This document shows, in pieces, positions 29,038-39,558 of a stretch of 64,000 nt of DNA; position 1 is the stretch's first letter, and every line of letters begins with the position of its first letter. The position numbers and the translations under genes were made by a program. Source of the DNA: an uncultured Flavobacteriales bacterium (lineage in GTDB: Bacteria > Bacteroidota > Bacteroidia > Flavobacteriales > Blattabacteriaceae); NCBI GenBank assembly GCA_964246735.1, contig CAXTRI010000001.1, positions 100,420 through 164,419 of the forward strand, given 5' to 3'. Below the pieces are notes generated by a model that had not been told where the DNA came from, searched no databases, and saw only the letters and a program-made list of their open reading frames with translations.

Positions 29038-29940
29038 ATGAAAATTACTTCGCACATTGCTAATATAAAAAATACCATTTATTCTTTTGAAATTCTTCCG
29101 CCATTAAGAGATCAAAATGTCCTAGAAAATTTTAATACGTTGTATACTTTGATGGAATTTCATCCACGTTTCGTAACCGTTACATCACATAGTGATAATA
29201 AAGTACAGAAGATGTTAAGACGAAAAGTAACAGTTTCTATATGTAAATCTATTATTTCAAAATACGAAATAGACGCTATTCCGCATTTACTTTGTAGAGG
29301 AACGACAAAACAAATGACAGAAGATGCACTGATAGAGTTAAATTTTTTAGGAATATACAATATTCTTATTATACGTGGTGATATGATGAAATTATCGAAA
29401 GATACAAATATAAATAACTTTTCAATAGAACTTGTTAAACAAGTAGTAGCATTAAACAATGGTCATTACCTCGATGAATCATTAAAAAATAGGGATGCTG
29501 CTGATTTTTGCATTGGGGTCGCATCATATCCAGAAAAACATTTCGAAGCCCCAAATATAGAAGAAGATGTTTTTAGAGTTTCTGAAAAAATTAAAGCAGG
29601 TTCATATTTCGTAATGACACAAATGTTTTTTGATAATAATTATTATTTTGAATATATAGAAATAATGCGTTTTTCAGGTTTAGAAATTCCCATTATCCCA
29701 GGTATAAAACCTATTTCTTCAATAGATCAACTGAAAAGTATTCCTTCTAATTTTTATATTAAGATTCCAACTATTCTCGTAAAGAGAATTATAAAATATA
29801 AAAAGGATATATTTTATATAGGAATTGAATGGGCAATTAATCAATCAATAGAACTTAAAGAAGCCGGAATTCCAATCATTCATTATTTTACAATGAGTAA
29901 ACCTGATAATATTTATCAAATTGTGATAGAACTTATTTAA
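29038..29940 (+). CDS. metF: methylenetetrahydrofolate reductase
   Basis: MTHFR family pattern: 'SFEILPP', 'IPHLLCRG', 'ASYPEKH', 'TQMFFD'. Confidence 0.85.
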   Translation: MKITSHIANIKNTIYSFEILPPLRDQNVLENFNTLYTLMEFHPRFVTVTSHSDNKVQKMLRRKVTVSICKSIISKYEIDAIPHLLCRGTTKQMTEDALIELNFLGIYNILIIRGDMMKLSKDTNINNFSIELVKQVVALNNGHYLDESLKNRDAADFCIGVASYPEKHFEAPNIEEDVFRVSEKIKAGSYFVMTQMFFDNNYYFEYIEIMRFSGLEIPIIPGIKPISSIDQLKSIPSNFYIKIPTILVKRIIKYKKDIFYIGIEWAINQSIELKEAGIPIIHYFTMSKPDNIYQIVIELI

Positions 29941-29952
29941 CTGAAGTAAATC

Positions 29953-31362
29953 ATGAAAACTAGAGAAATGAAAGATTTTGATTACAAATATGGGTTTTAT
30001 ACGTCAATTGAGGTAGATAAATTTTCGAAAGGATTAAATGAAAAGACTATTCGTACACTTTCAGAAAAAAAAAAAGAACCTTTTTGGTTAAAGAATTGGC
30101 GCTTAGATGCTTTTCGTTTATGGAAAGAAATGAAGGAGCCGAAATGGGGAAATGTAATATTAAAAAAAAAAAAATATAAAGACATTAGTTATTATTCTGC
30201 GCCTATAATTAAACCTATCCATGATCCTAATTTAGGATCTACTTTAACAAAATTAGGCCTTTCGTTTGAAGATCAGAAGAGTATAAATAGAATAGCAATT
30301 GATGTGGTAATGGATTCAATTTTAGTAGCTAGTACTTTTAAAAAAAGTTTAGAAGATAAAGGAATTATCTTCTGTTCAATTAGTGACGCTATAAATAAGT
30401 ATCCTTTATTGGTAAAAAAATATATTGGTAAAGTCGTTAATAAAACTGATAACTTTTATGCTTCGCTGAACTCAGCGGTTTTTTCTGATGGATCTTTTTG
30501 TTATATTCCAAAGGGAATTTCTTGTCCAATGGAGTTATCGACCTATTTTAGACTAAATGAAGGAGGAATAGGTCAATTCGAACGCACTTTAGTAATTGCT
30601 GATAAGGGATCTAACGTAAGTTATTTGGAAGGATGTACCGCACCTCAACGTAAAGAAAATCAGTTACACGCTGCAGTAGTAGAATTAATTGCTTTAGAAG
30701 GGGCTGAAATTAAATATTCAACTGTTCAAAATTGGTTTCCTGGTGATAAAGATGGAAATGGAGGGGTATATAATTTTGTAACGAAGCGTGGTATTTGCGA
30801 AAGACACGCAAAGATTTCTTGGACACAAATAGAGACTGGATCATCTATTACTTGGAAATATCCGTCTTGTTTGCTTCAAGGAGACGACTCTATCGGAGAA
30901 TTTTATTCAGTAGCATTGACAAAAAACTATCAACAAGCAGATACAGGAACTAAAATGATTCATATTGGGAACAATACAAAAAGTATAATAATTTCTAAGG
31001 GAATTTCTGCTGGAAAATCTAAAAATAGTTATAGAGGTCTGGTAAAAGTTGCTTTAAAAGCAGAAAATGCAAGAAATTTTTCTCAATGTGATTCTTTGCT
31101 TATTGGAAATGAATGTGGAGCATTCACTTTTCCATGTATAGAAGCAAGAAATTCTTCTGCAAGAATAGAACATGAAGCAACTATCTCAAAAATAGAAGAA
31201 GACCAAATTTTTTATTGTAATCAGAGAGGTCTAGATTTTGAAAAATCTGTTTCTTTAATTATCAATGGGTTTAGTAGAGAAGTTCTTAATAAATTACCTT
31301 TAGAATTTGCAGTCGAAGCGCGTAAATTATTGGAAATATCTTTAGATGGGTCTGTTGGCTAA
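29953..31362 (+). CDS. sufB: Fe-S cluster assembly protein SufB
   Basis: '[35 protein letters not shown]' and '[21 protein letters not shown]'. It is followed by sufC, sufD and sufS. Confidence 0.95.
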   Translation: MKTREMKDFDYKYGFYTSIEVDKFSKGLNEKTIRTLSEKKKEPFWLKNWRLDAFRLWKEMKEPKWGNVILKKKKYKDISYYSAPIIKPIHDPNLGSTLTKLGLSFEDQKSINRIAIDVVMDSILVASTFKKSLEDKGIIFCSISDAINKYPLLVKKYIGKVVNKTDNFYASLNSAVFSDGSFCYIPKGISCPMELSTYFRLNEGGIGQFERTLVIADKGSNVSYLEGCTAPQRKENQLHAAVVELIALEGAEIKYSTVQNWFPGDKDGNGGVYNFVTKRGICERHAKISWTQIETGSSITWKYPSCLLQGDDSIGEFYSVALTKNYQQADTGTKMIHIGNNTKSIIISKGISAGKSKNSYRGLVKVALKAENARNFSQCDSLLIGNECGAFTFPCIEARNSSARIEHEATISKIEEDQIFYCNQRGLDFEKSVSLIINGFSREVLNKLPLEFAVEARKLLEISLDGSVG

Positions 31363-31373
31363 AAAGGTTTAAA

Positions 31374-32123
31374 ATGCTAAAGATTGAAAATCTTCACGTA
31401 TCAATAGAAGAAAATTTTTTACTTAAAGGAATAAATTTACATATAAAAGCAGGAGAGGTACATGCTTTTATGGGGCCCAACGGATCAGGAAAAAGCACAC
31501 TGTTTTCAGTAATTGCAGGAAAGAAAGAATATAAGGTAAAAAAGGGAACTATTGTATTTGAAGGGGAAAATATAATTCATCTATCTCCTGAAGAGCGAGC
31601 TCATTTAGGTATTTTTCTTTCTTTTCAAGATCCTGTAGAAATACCTGGCATCTCTGTTACTAATTTTATACGAACATCTGTTAACTCTTTGAGGAGAGCA
31701 AGAGGTTTATCTGATATGGCCCAAAACGATATATTGAAAAATATACGTAAAAAAATGAATATCCTTGGAATGGATAAAAATTTTCTTTCTCGGTCTTTAA
31801 ATGAGGGATTTTCAGGAGGTGAAAAAAAACGTAATGAAATTTTTCAAATGGCAATGCTTAACCCAAAACTTTCTCTTTTAGATGAGACAGATTCAGGTCT
31901 AGATATTGACGCATTGCGTATAGTTTCTAAAGGCATAAATATCTTTAAGTCCAAAAGGAATGCTATTTTAATAATTACTCACTATTATCGTATACTGAAA
32001 TATATTGTTCCTGATTTTGTTCATGTGATTTTTCGTGGTAAAATGGTTAAATCAGGAGGGAAAAAACTTGCTATAGATATTGAAAAATCAGGGTTTTCTT
32101 GGATAAAGCAAAAGCAAGTTTAA
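31374..32123 (+). CDS. sufC: Fe-S cluster assembly ATPase SufC
   Basis: Walker A 'GPNGSGKST', signature 'FSGGEKKRNEI', Walker B 'LSLLDETDSGLD'. Confidence 0.95.
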   Translation: MLKIENLHVSIEENFLLKGINLHIKAGEVHAFMGPNGSGKSTLFSVIAGKKEYKVKKGTIVFEGENIIHLSPEERAHLGIFLSFQDPVEIPGISVTNFIRTSVNSLRRARGLSDMAQNDILKNIRKKMNILGMDKNFLSRSLNEGFSGGEKKRNEIFQMAMLNPKLSLLDETDSGLDIDALRIVSKGINIFKSKRNAILIITHYYRILKYIVPDFVHVIFRGKMVKSGGKKLAIDIEKSGFSWIKQKQV

Positions 32124-33268
32124 TGGAATTTAAAAAAAAGATAGTATATTTTTTTACTGTTAAACAACAATTACATTTACCTATTAATAAATTTATGTTT
32201 AATTTACGATCTAAAGCAATAGATTTGTTAGAAATAAAAAGACAAGAGGTAAAAAAAATTGCTTATGATTTTAATTATTCATTGTTTACTTCTCTGGTAA
32301 AAAGAATACGAAAGTTACATTTTTTATTAGAGGATTTTGATAGCTTTCGTTTTGTGTTTATTGATGGAATAAATCATTATAAGAGATCACTATATAAAGC
32401 TTATTTTGATGTTTATTACGAGAGATTTATTACGAAAGAAGTAGCTTATCTATATTTCACTGAAGGTGAATTTGTGGAAAAGCCTATAGAAATACTGTAT
32501 GTTTCTACTAAACCCTCAACTAGAAATTTTATTGTTTTAGGTAAAGGTTCTTGTGTAAAGATTATTGAACATCATAAAACTTTAAATTTAGGAAAAGATA
32601 AATTTAGCTCGGCAACTGAGGTTTATATGAATTCATCTAGTATTTTAGATTATTGTAAAATAAGGAATGATATTTCTACTACTTATTTTCTTGATCAGAC
32701 ATGGATTCTACAAGAGAAAAGAAGTTCTTGTAAAATACATACTTTTTTATTTCCTGGAGTATCCATTAAGAATTTTTTATCTATACATCAATTAGGGAAG
32801 GAAATCCTCTCTATTATTAATGGTATTAGTATTTTTCAAGAACATATAATCTATAACACTCTAATAGAACATATTTTACCGAATGGTAGAAGCAGGGATG
32901 TATATAGAGGGTTCTCTGATAAAATGGCGAAGACCTTTTATAATGGGAAGATCATTGTTCTAAAATCTGCTAAAAAAACTAATGCAATTCAGAATAATAC
33001 CAATATTTTACTTGCGAATGAAGCGAAGGTAAAAGCTAACCCTCAACTAGAAATTTTTGCTGAAGATGTAAAATGTTATCATGGATGTATAGTAGGACAA
33101 TTAAATAATCAAGAGACTTTTTATTTACGGTCTAGAGGAATCCCTAAATCTGAAGCTATAAGGAAATTGTTATTTGCTTATTCAAAGGAAATTTTAGCAT
33201 CTCTTCCCTTTAAAAGATTAAAAAATTTAATAAAAAAAGATATAAATAAAAATGTTTTCTTCAAGTGA
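32123..33268 (+). CDS. sufD: Fe-S cluster assembly protein SufD
   Basis: Position between sufC and sufS, and a C-terminus with a SufB/D-like beta-helix ('QLEIFAEDVKCYHGCIVGQL'). The start is placed at the ATG overlapping the sufC stop (TAATG); the ORF track starts 8 codons earlier. Confidence 0.85.
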   Translation: MEFKKKIVYFFTVKQQLHLPINKFMFNLRSKAIDLLEIKRQEVKKIAYDFNYSLFTSLVKRIRKLHFLLEDFDSFRFVFIDGINHYKRSLYKAYFDVYYERFITKEVAYLYFTEGEFVEKPIEILYVSTKPSTRNFIVLGKGSCVKIIEHHKTLNLGKDKFSSATEVYMNSSSILDYCKIRNDISTTYFLDQTWILQEKRSSCKIHTFLFPGVSIKNFLSIHQLGKEILSIINGISIFQEHIIYNTLIEHILPNGRSRDVYRGFSDKMAKTFYNGKIIVLKSAKKTNAIQNNTNILLANEAKVKANPQLEIFAEDVKCYHGCIVGQLNNQETFYLRSRGIPKSEAIRKLLFAYSKEILASLPFKRLKNLIKKDINKNVFFK

Positions 33269-34475
33269 AATCAGTGAATTACGGAAAGAATTTCCAATCT
33301 TTTATCAAAGTATCTATGATAACCCATGTATTTATCTAGATAATGCTTCTACTACCCAAAAACCATTAAACGTATTGCGGTCGATAGATGCGTATTATCG
33401 TACTTTTAATGCCAATGTTCATAGAGGAGTTCACTATATAGGTGAATTAGCTACAAAAGCTATAGAAGAAAGTCGTGAAGCTATGTGTAGATTTATCAAT
33501 GCTACAAATAGTGAAGAAATTATCTTTACTAAAGGAACTACTGAATCCATTAATTTGTTAGCTTCCTCCATAAGCGCTTTTGTAGACTCTGGGGATGAGA
33601 TTATACTGTCAGAAGTTGAACACCACTCAAATATTGTTCCTTGGCAGTTGCTTTCTAATAAAAAAAGTCTTCATATTAGAGTTATTACAATGGATAATAA
33701 TGCTTGTTTAAATTTACACTCTTTTGAAAGCCTATTGAATTCCCGTACAAAATTAGTCGCTATTAATCATATTTCAAACGTTTTTGGAGTAGAAAATCCA
33801 ATAAAAAATATGATTGAAATGGCTCATTCCAAAGGCGCTTGGGTCTTTATTGATGGAGCACAGGGATCTGGTCATACTAAGATTGATGTAAGAGAGCTTA
33901 ATGTAGACTTTTATGCTTTTTCAGCACACAAAATGTACGGTCCTAGCGGAATAGGAGTGCTCTACGGAAAAAGAGATTTACTTTCAAAGTTTTTTCCTTG
34001 GCAAGGAGGCGGAGAAATGATTAAGGAAGTTAATTTTGAAAGGACTCTATATGCAAATATTCCATTTAGATTTGAAGCTGGTTCACCTAATCTTTCTGCT
34101 ATTATAGCTTGGAAAAGTGCTTTAAATTTTATAGAGGAAATAGGAATTGAGCGTATTCAAAAGTATGAAAAATATTGTATAAATGAAGTTATTAAAGAAT
34201 TAAAACAAAATCCTAATCTTTTATTATATGCAAAAGATGCCCCACGTTCAGCTATTATAGCTTTCAATTTATTAGGTAAACATCCCTTTGATGTTGGATG
34301 TATTTTGGATAGAATGGGTATTTCTGTAAGAGCTGGACAGCATTGTGTACAACCTATTATGAAGACTTTAGATGAAGTAGGGGTAGTTAGGGCCAGTTTT
34401 GCTATTTACAATACTTTGGATGAAGCAGAATATTTTTGTAAAGCCCTTGTTAAAGTTTCAAAGATTCTAGCGTAG
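33252..34475 (+). CDS. sufS: cysteine desulfurase SufS
   Basis: PLP-lysine motif 'FSAHKMYGPSGIGVLYG' and active-site 'RAGQHC'. Confidence 0.93.
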   Translation: MFSSSEISELRKEFPIFYQSIYDNPCIYLDNASTTQKPLNVLRSIDAYYRTFNANVHRGVHYIGELATKAIEESREAMCRFINATNSEEIIFTKGTTESINLLASSISAFVDSGDEIILSEVEHHSNIVPWQLLSNKKSLHIRVITMDNNACLNLHSFESLLNSRTKLVAINHISNVFGVENPIKNMIEMAHSKGAWVFIDGAQGSGHTKIDVRELNVDFYAFSAHKMYGPSGIGVLYGKRDLLSKFFPWQGGGEMIKEVNFERTLYANIPFRFEAGSPNLSAIIAWKSALNFIEEIGIERIQKYEKYCINEVIKELKQNPNLLLYAKDAPRSAIIAFNLLGKHPFDVGCILDRMGISVRAGQHCVQPIMKTLDEVGVVRASFAIYNTLDEAEYFCKALVKVSKILA

Positions 34476-34817
34476 AGAAGAGACCATCCAATTTATATGA
34501 AAGACTTTCTTCATTAATCTCTTTACTCTTTTTAAGGAGGGGATTTTTTTTGTATTCCAAAAAAAAAATATGAATAATTTTCTTTGTAAGAAGTCTATCT
34601 TTTTTATAAAGCTTTTATAAGCTACTCTTATTCTTCTTTTGATAACGTTTCTTTCTACAGAGCCTCTAATTTGTTTTTTTGCTACACAAACTCCTATTTT
34701 TGATATTCCTTTTCTATTTATAAGGTAAAACATACGCAATCCTTTTTCTTTCCTTGTAGATCCAATTTTAAAGAGTATTACGATCAATGTTTTTCCTTTT
34801 AATTTTTTTATGATCAC
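34467..34817 (-). CDS. rnpA: ribonuclease P protein component
   Basis: Small basic protein containing 'AVKRN..KRR.R'-like 'SVERNVIKRRIRVAYK'. It has a 9-nt convergent overlap with sufS. Confidence 0.8.
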   Translation of the reverse strand: MIIKKLKGKTLIVILFKIGSTRKEKGLRMFYLINRKGISKIGVCVAKKQIRGSVERNVIKRRIRVAYKSFIKKIDFLQRKLFIFFFWNTKKIPSLKRVKRLMKKVFHINWMVSSLR

Positions 34818-34860
34818 TTATTGATTCAGTTGTAGAAAAAACACAATAATATTATTGTAG

Positions 34861-34945
34861 TGGAGAGTGTGGGAAACGAGCCCACGTTTACGCATAGGTA
34901 AATAGTTTAGCAAACTATTCCGTTAACCAACTCCGGCAACTCTCC
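34861..34945 (-). tRNA. tRNA-Ser (anticodon GCT)
   Basis: Reverse complement: acceptor GGAGAGT/ACTCTCC, anticodon loop TTGCTAA, long variable arm, T-loop TTCGTTT-type arm. Confidence 0.85.
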
Positions 34946-34979
34946 AAGAGATATATGATTGTTATAATTTTTTTTTGTC

Positions 34980-36002
34980 ATGAAAACACCGATTTTACTT
35001 GCAATAGAATCATCTTGTGATGATACAGCTGTATCTATTATAAAAGGAAATTCAATAATGTCAAATATTATAGGAGTTCAACATATACACAATGTTTATG
35101 GAGGAGTTCTTCCTGAAATAGCTTCAAGATATCATCAACGAGATCTCGTTCTTTTAGTTCATCAGGCTGTATTTGAAGCCAATATAGTAAAAAAACAAAT
35201 TAGTGCAGTTGCTTTCACTAAAGGGCCAGGACTAATTGGATCTTTACTTATTGGCTATAGTTTTGCTAAGTCACTGGCCATGGCCTTAATGATTCCTGTT
35301 ATAGGAGTCCATCACATCCAGGCTCATATATTATCTCATTTTATAGCTATCGAAGGAAAGTCGACGCCTAATTTTCCTTTTTTATGTTTAACAATAAGTG
35401 GAGGACATTCTCAAATAGTCCTAGTAGAAAATTTTTTTAAGATGAAGGTTTTAGGTCATACTATAGATGATGCTGTTGGAGAGGCTTTTGATAAGATTGC
35501 TAAAATAATAGGATTACATTATCCTGGGGGAATATGGATTGATTATTACGCTAGGAATGGTGATCCTAAAAAATTTATCTTTTCTAAACCTAAAATAGTT
35601 GGACTAGATTTTAGTTTTAGTGGATTTAAAACACAATTTTTCTCTTTTATACATAAAGAATTGAAAAAAGACCCAAAATTTATTAAAAATAACCTTTATG
35701 ATATCTGTGCCTCAGCACAGAAATCATTGATAGATTTACTATTTGATAAGATTGTTTTAGCAATAAAGCAAACTAAGATTTCTTCTATTGCTTTATCAGG
35801 AGGAGTTTCTGCAAATTCATATTTACGTAAAAAAATTAGTAAAGTTGCAAGTAAAAAAGGATGGAAATTGTACTATCTTCCAATAGAATTTACTACTGAT
35901 AATGCTGCTATGATAGCTATAGCTGCTCAGATAAAATACAATAGTGCCCTTTTTGATGATTTAGACTCTGGTCCTGGTGCAAATTGTTCATGGAAGCTAT
36001 AA
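34980..36002 (+). CDS. tsaD: tRNA N6-adenosine threonylcarbamoyltransferase TsaD
   Basis: 'ILLAIESSCDDTAVSI', 'GVHHIQAH' and 'LSGGVSANSYLR'. Confidence 0.93.
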   Translation: MKTPILLAIESSCDDTAVSIIKGNSIMSNIIGVQHIHNVYGGVLPEIASRYHQRDLVLLVHQAVFEANIVKKQISAVAFTKGPGLIGSLLIGYSFAKSLAMALMIPVIGVHHIQAHILSHFIAIEGKSTPNFPFLCLTISGGHSQIVLVENFFKMKVLGHTIDDAVGEAFDKIAKIIGLHYPGGIWIDYYARNGDPKKFIFSKPKIVGLDFSFSGFKTQFFSFIHKELKKDPKFIKNNLYDICASAQKSLIDLLFDKIVLAIKQTKISSIALSGGVSANSYLRKKISKVASKKGWKLYYLPIEFTTDNAAMIAIAAQIKYNSALFDDLDSGPGANCSWKL

Positions 36003-36025
36003 AACCCTTATCGCTATTGTTATGG

Positions 36026-36274
36026 TTAGTTCTTTCTACTATATTTTTTATAATATTTATCTATTCTACCTGCCGTATCTACAAATTTCATTTTCCCTGT
36101 AAAAAACGGATGTGAACTCCTTGAGATTTCTATTTTTATCAATGGATAAGTTACTCCATTTATCTCTATACTTTCTTTTGTATCAGCCGTCGAACGGCAT
36201 AAAAAAACTTCTTCGTTGCTCATATCTTTAAAAGCAACTACTCTATAGTTAATTGGATGAATTTCTTTTTTCAT
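36026..36274 (-). CDS. rpmE: 50S ribosomal protein L31 (type B)
   Basis: 'MKKEIHP', 'SSHPFFTGK' and 'DTAGRIDKY'. Confidence 0.9.
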   Translation of the reverse strand: MKKEIHPINYRVVAFKDMSNEEVFLCRSTADTKESIEINGVTYPLIKIEISRSSHPFFTGKMKFVDTAGRIDKYYKKYSRKN

Positions 36275-36365
36275 AATATAAATATAAAAAAAAATATGTA
36301 ATTCGGTATTACAAAAATGTGATTTTCTTTAGGTGAACAAATATCTATTATAGATAAACCATGAG

Positions 36366-36385
36366 CTTTAGCCTTTAGCCTTTGA
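36366..36385. repeat. 7-nt tandem repeat (CTTTAGC) x2 + partial
   Basis: ctttagc ctttagc ctttga, read directly, just upstream of rpsO. Confidence 0.8.
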
Positions 36386-36442
36386 TGAGAAAACTTTTTT
36401 CGCATGTTTCTTTTATTTATATTTGCACATATATCATTTTTT

Positions 36443-36667
36443 ATGAGGAAAAAATTAGTAAGATCTCATTACGATAAAGGATCTTCCGAAGTTCAAATTA
36501 ACCGATTTTCTGATAGAATACAACATATTACTGAACATCTTAAAAGACATAAAAAAGATCTAAATTCTCAAAAATCCTTAATACTTTTAGTTGGAAAGCG
36601 TCGTAAGCTACTAAAATATATAAAGAATAGTAATATTGAAATATATAGAAACATCATTAATAAATAA
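36443..36667 (+). CDS. rpsO: 30S ribosomal protein S15 (start uncertain; alternative ATG at 36404)
   Basis: 'DKGSSEVQINRFSDRIQHITEHLKRHKKD' and 'LVGKRRKLLKYI'. The 13 codons from 36404 ('MFLLFIFAHISFF') are hydrophobic and unlike S15. Confidence 0.85.
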   Translation: MRKKLVRSHYDKGSSEVQINRFSDRIQHITEHLKRHKKDLNSQKSLILLVGKRRKLLKYIKNSNIEIYRNIINK

Positions 36668-36675
36668 TAAATTAG

Positions 36676-38649
36676 ATGATATCTCATCCTATTTTATATA
36701 ATATACATCTTTCAGATGGAAGAAACATAATGTTAAATACTGGTTTATTTGCTAAACAGTCTAATGGTTCCGTTGTCGTTAGTATGGGGAATACTATGCT
36801 TTTGGCAACTGTCGTCACGGCAGATGGAAAACAAGAGGGAAGAGAAGATATCTTACCTCTTATCGTAGATTATAGGCAGAATTATTCTGCCGTAGGCAAA
36901 ATCCCAGGAGGTTTTATAAAGAGAGAAGGAAGAGTTTTTGAGGACGAAATATTAACAATGCGTCTTATTGATCGTGTCTTACGTCCTTTATTTCCAAAAA
37001 ACTTATTCGCAGATATTCAAATAATGGTTGCTTTACTTTCATATGATGAGGAAATATTACCGAACGTAATAGCAGTTTTAGCAGCTTCCTCTGCTTTATG
37101 CATTTCAGATATTCCGTTTTATGGTCCTATTGCTGATGTTCGTTTAGTTAGAATAAATGGAGGAAAATTGATTCTCAATCCTAGTTTTCATGATGTTTTA
37201 ATTTCAGATATCGATCTAGTAATAGGAGGTTCTAAAGAGTCTATAATTATGATGGAAGGAGAAATGAAAGAAATATCAGAAGAAGAAGTATTAGAGGCTA
37301 TTATTTTCGCTCATAAAGCAATAAAAAATCAGATAGAAGCTCAAGTACTTTTAGCAAAAAAAGTAAAAAAATCTTTAATTAAAATCTTTTATGATAAAGA
37401 GAAAGAAATATTAGAGCCAAAGAAACTTATGCAGAATTATTATCTTCAGTTAAAGAGAGAAACAATTCGTGACTTAATAATTAGAGAAAATTATCGCATT
37501 GATGGACGAAATTCAAAAGAAATACGATCTTTATTTAGTGCTGTTGATTGTATTCCAAGTGCACATGGTTCAGCTTTATTTATAAGAGGAGAGACTCAAT
37601 CTCTTTCTTATATAACTTTGGGATCATCTATCGATGTTAATCGTATAGATAATGCCATTAACCTTAAAGAAGAAAATGAAAAGTTTTATTTACACTATAA
37701 TTTTCCTCCGTTTGCAACGGGAGAGATTAAACTTTTACGAGGAGTATCTCGAAGAGAAGTAGGACATGGAAATCTTGCACAGTCAGCATTAAAATATATT
37801 ATACCTGAAAATATACAATATACTATACGTATCGTGTCGGACATTTTAGAATCGAACGGATCCTCATCTATGGCTACTGTTTGTTCCGCATCGTTAGCAT
37901 TGATGGATGCTGGGATTTTTATTAAAAGCGCTGTCTCTGGTATAGCGATGGGATATCTTATGGACAAAGGGAAGGAGATTATTCTTTCAGATATAATAGG
38001 GGATGAAGATTTTATTGGGGATATGGATTTGAAAGTAGCAGGAACAAAAAAAGGAATTACAGCATGTCAGATGGATATTAAAATTGATGGTGTATCTTAT
38101 AATATATTGAAAAAAGTATTTAAACAAGCTTATCAAGGACGAATATTTATATTAAATGATATGTTAAAAGCACTCTCTATTCCAAGAGGGTCTATGAGAC
38201 AAAATACTCCTAAAATCTTTCATTTAAATATTCCTAAGGAGTCTATTGGTTGTGTAATAGGCCCTGGAGGAAAAAATATTCAAGAGATTCAAAAAAAAAC
38301 AAATACAACTATTTACCTAAAAGAATTAGGAGAATTTGGGATAATAGAAATATATGGGAAAGAAGAGAACAAAATTAATAAAGCTGCTGATTGCATTAAA
38401 AACATTACATTCCTACCAGAATTAGGAGGTATTTATGATGCAAAAGTAAAGTCTATTAAAGAGTTTGGAGCTATAGTAGAAATTTTACCTGGACAAGATT
38501 TTTTCTTACATATATCAGAAATAAACTGGGAGCTGTTAAAAAATGTTGAAGATGTATTAAAAATAGGAGATATCATTAGGGTAAAATTTCTACTAATAGA
38601 TAGAAAAATTAGAATATCTAGAAAGATACTTTTACCTAGTCTTAAGTGA
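36676..38649 (+). CDS. pnp: polyribonucleotide nucleotidyltransferase (PNPase)
   Basis: Two RNase PH domains, a KH domain ('GPGGKNIQEIQ') and an S1 domain ('GGIYDAKVKSIKEFGAIVEI'). Confidence 0.95.
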   Translation: MISHPILYNIHLSDGRNIMLNTGLFAKQSNGSVVVSMGNTMLLATVVTADGKQEGREDILPLIVDYRQNYSAVGKIPGGFIKREGRVFEDEILTMRLIDRVLRPLFPKNLFADIQIMVALLSYDEEILPNVIAVLAASSALCISDIPFYGPIADVRLVRINGGKLILNPSFHDVLISDIDLVIGGSKESIIMMEGEMKEISEEEVLEAIIFAHKAIKNQIEAQVLLAKKVKKSLIKIFYDKEKEILEPKKLMQNYYLQLKRETIRDLIIRENYRIDGRNSKEIRSLFSAVDCIPSAHGSALFIRGETQSLSYITLGSSIDVNRIDNAINLKEENEKFYLHYNFPPFATGEIKLLRGVSRREVGHGNLAQSALKYIIPENIQYTIRIVSDILESNGSSSMATVCSASLALMDAGIFIKSAVSGIAMGYLMDKGKEIILSDIIGDEDFIGDMDLKVAGTKKGITACQMDIKIDGVSYNILKKVFKQAYQGRIFILNDMLKALSIPRGSMRQNTPKIFHLNIPKESIGCVIGPGGKNIQEIQKKTNTTIYLKELGEFGIIEIYGKEENKINKAADCIKNITFLPELGGIYDAKVKSIKEFGAIVEILPGQDFFLHISEINWELLKNVEDVLKIGDIIRVKFLLIDRKIRISRKILLPSLK

Positions 38650-38675
38650 TAAATGAGAAATGATGTATTATTATT

Positions 38676-39545
38676 ATGAGACAACTTAAAATTACTAAAC
38701 AAGTAACCAACCGAGAAACACCTTCATTAGATAAATATTTACATGAAATTGGAAAAGAGTCTCTTCTATCTACTGAAGAAGAAGTAGAATTAGCCCTCCG
38801 AATTAAAAAAGGTGATTCAATTGCCCTAAATAAGTTAGTAAAGGCAAATTTACGTTTTGTCGTTTCTGTGAGTAAGCAATATCAGAATCAAGGGTTAAGT
38901 CTTGGGGATCTAATTAATGAAGGGAATTTAGGTCTTATAAAGGCAGCTAAGCGTTTTGATCCAACAAAAGGATTTAAATTTATTTCTTATGCTGTTTGGT
39001 GGTGCAGACAATCAATAATGCAAGCTATAGCTGAGAGTTCACGTTTGGTTCGTTTACCTATGAATAAATGTGCTTTGATGAGTAAAGTTAACAAAACGTA
39101 TAATTTTCTTGAACAAAAATATGAACGTGCTCCATCAGCACAAGAAATAGGAGAGGTTCTTGATATAAATGAAGAGGATATAAAAGATTCTATAAAAGTT
39201 ACTGGAAAATATATTTCGATGGATGCTCCATTAGAAGATGGAGAAGATTCTAATTTATATGATATCATATATTCTGATGAATCACCTATGCCTGATGATA
39301 GTCTTATCAAAGAGTCACTTCGCATAGATATCAATCGTTTAATGAGTAAACTATCTCCAAGAGAGCGTGATATTACTGAAAAATGTTTTGGTTTAGATGG
39401 AAAACCTCCTAGAACTCTTGAAGAAATAGGGCAAGAACACGACCTAACAAGAGAACGTGTCCGTCAAATTAAAGAACAAGCATGTAAAAAACTTCGTAAA
39501 AGTTCACATAGCAGCATTCTTAAAGCCTATTTAAATGTAAATTAA
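38676..39545 (+). CDS. rpoD: RNA polymerase primary sigma factor (short Bacteroidetes-type sigma-70)
   Basis: Region 2 'NLRFVVSVSKQY...FISYAVWWCRQSI' and region 4.2 'LEEIGQEHDLTRERVRQIKEQA'. Confidence 0.93.
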   Translation: MRQLKITKQVTNRETPSLDKYLHEIGKESLLSTEEEVELALRIKKGDSIALNKLVKANLRFVVSVSKQYQNQGLSLGDLINEGNLGLIKAAKRFDPTKGFKFISYAVWWCRQSIMQAIAESSRLVRLPMNKCALMSKVNKTYNFLEQKYERAPSAQEIGEVLDINEEDIKDSIKVTGKYISMDAPLEDGEDSNLYDIIYSDESPMPDDSLIKESLRIDINRLMSKLSPRERDITEKCFGLDGKPPRTLEEIGQEHDLTRERVRQIKEQACKKLRKSSHSSILKAYLNVN

Positions 39546-39558
39546 GAGCTCTGAAACG

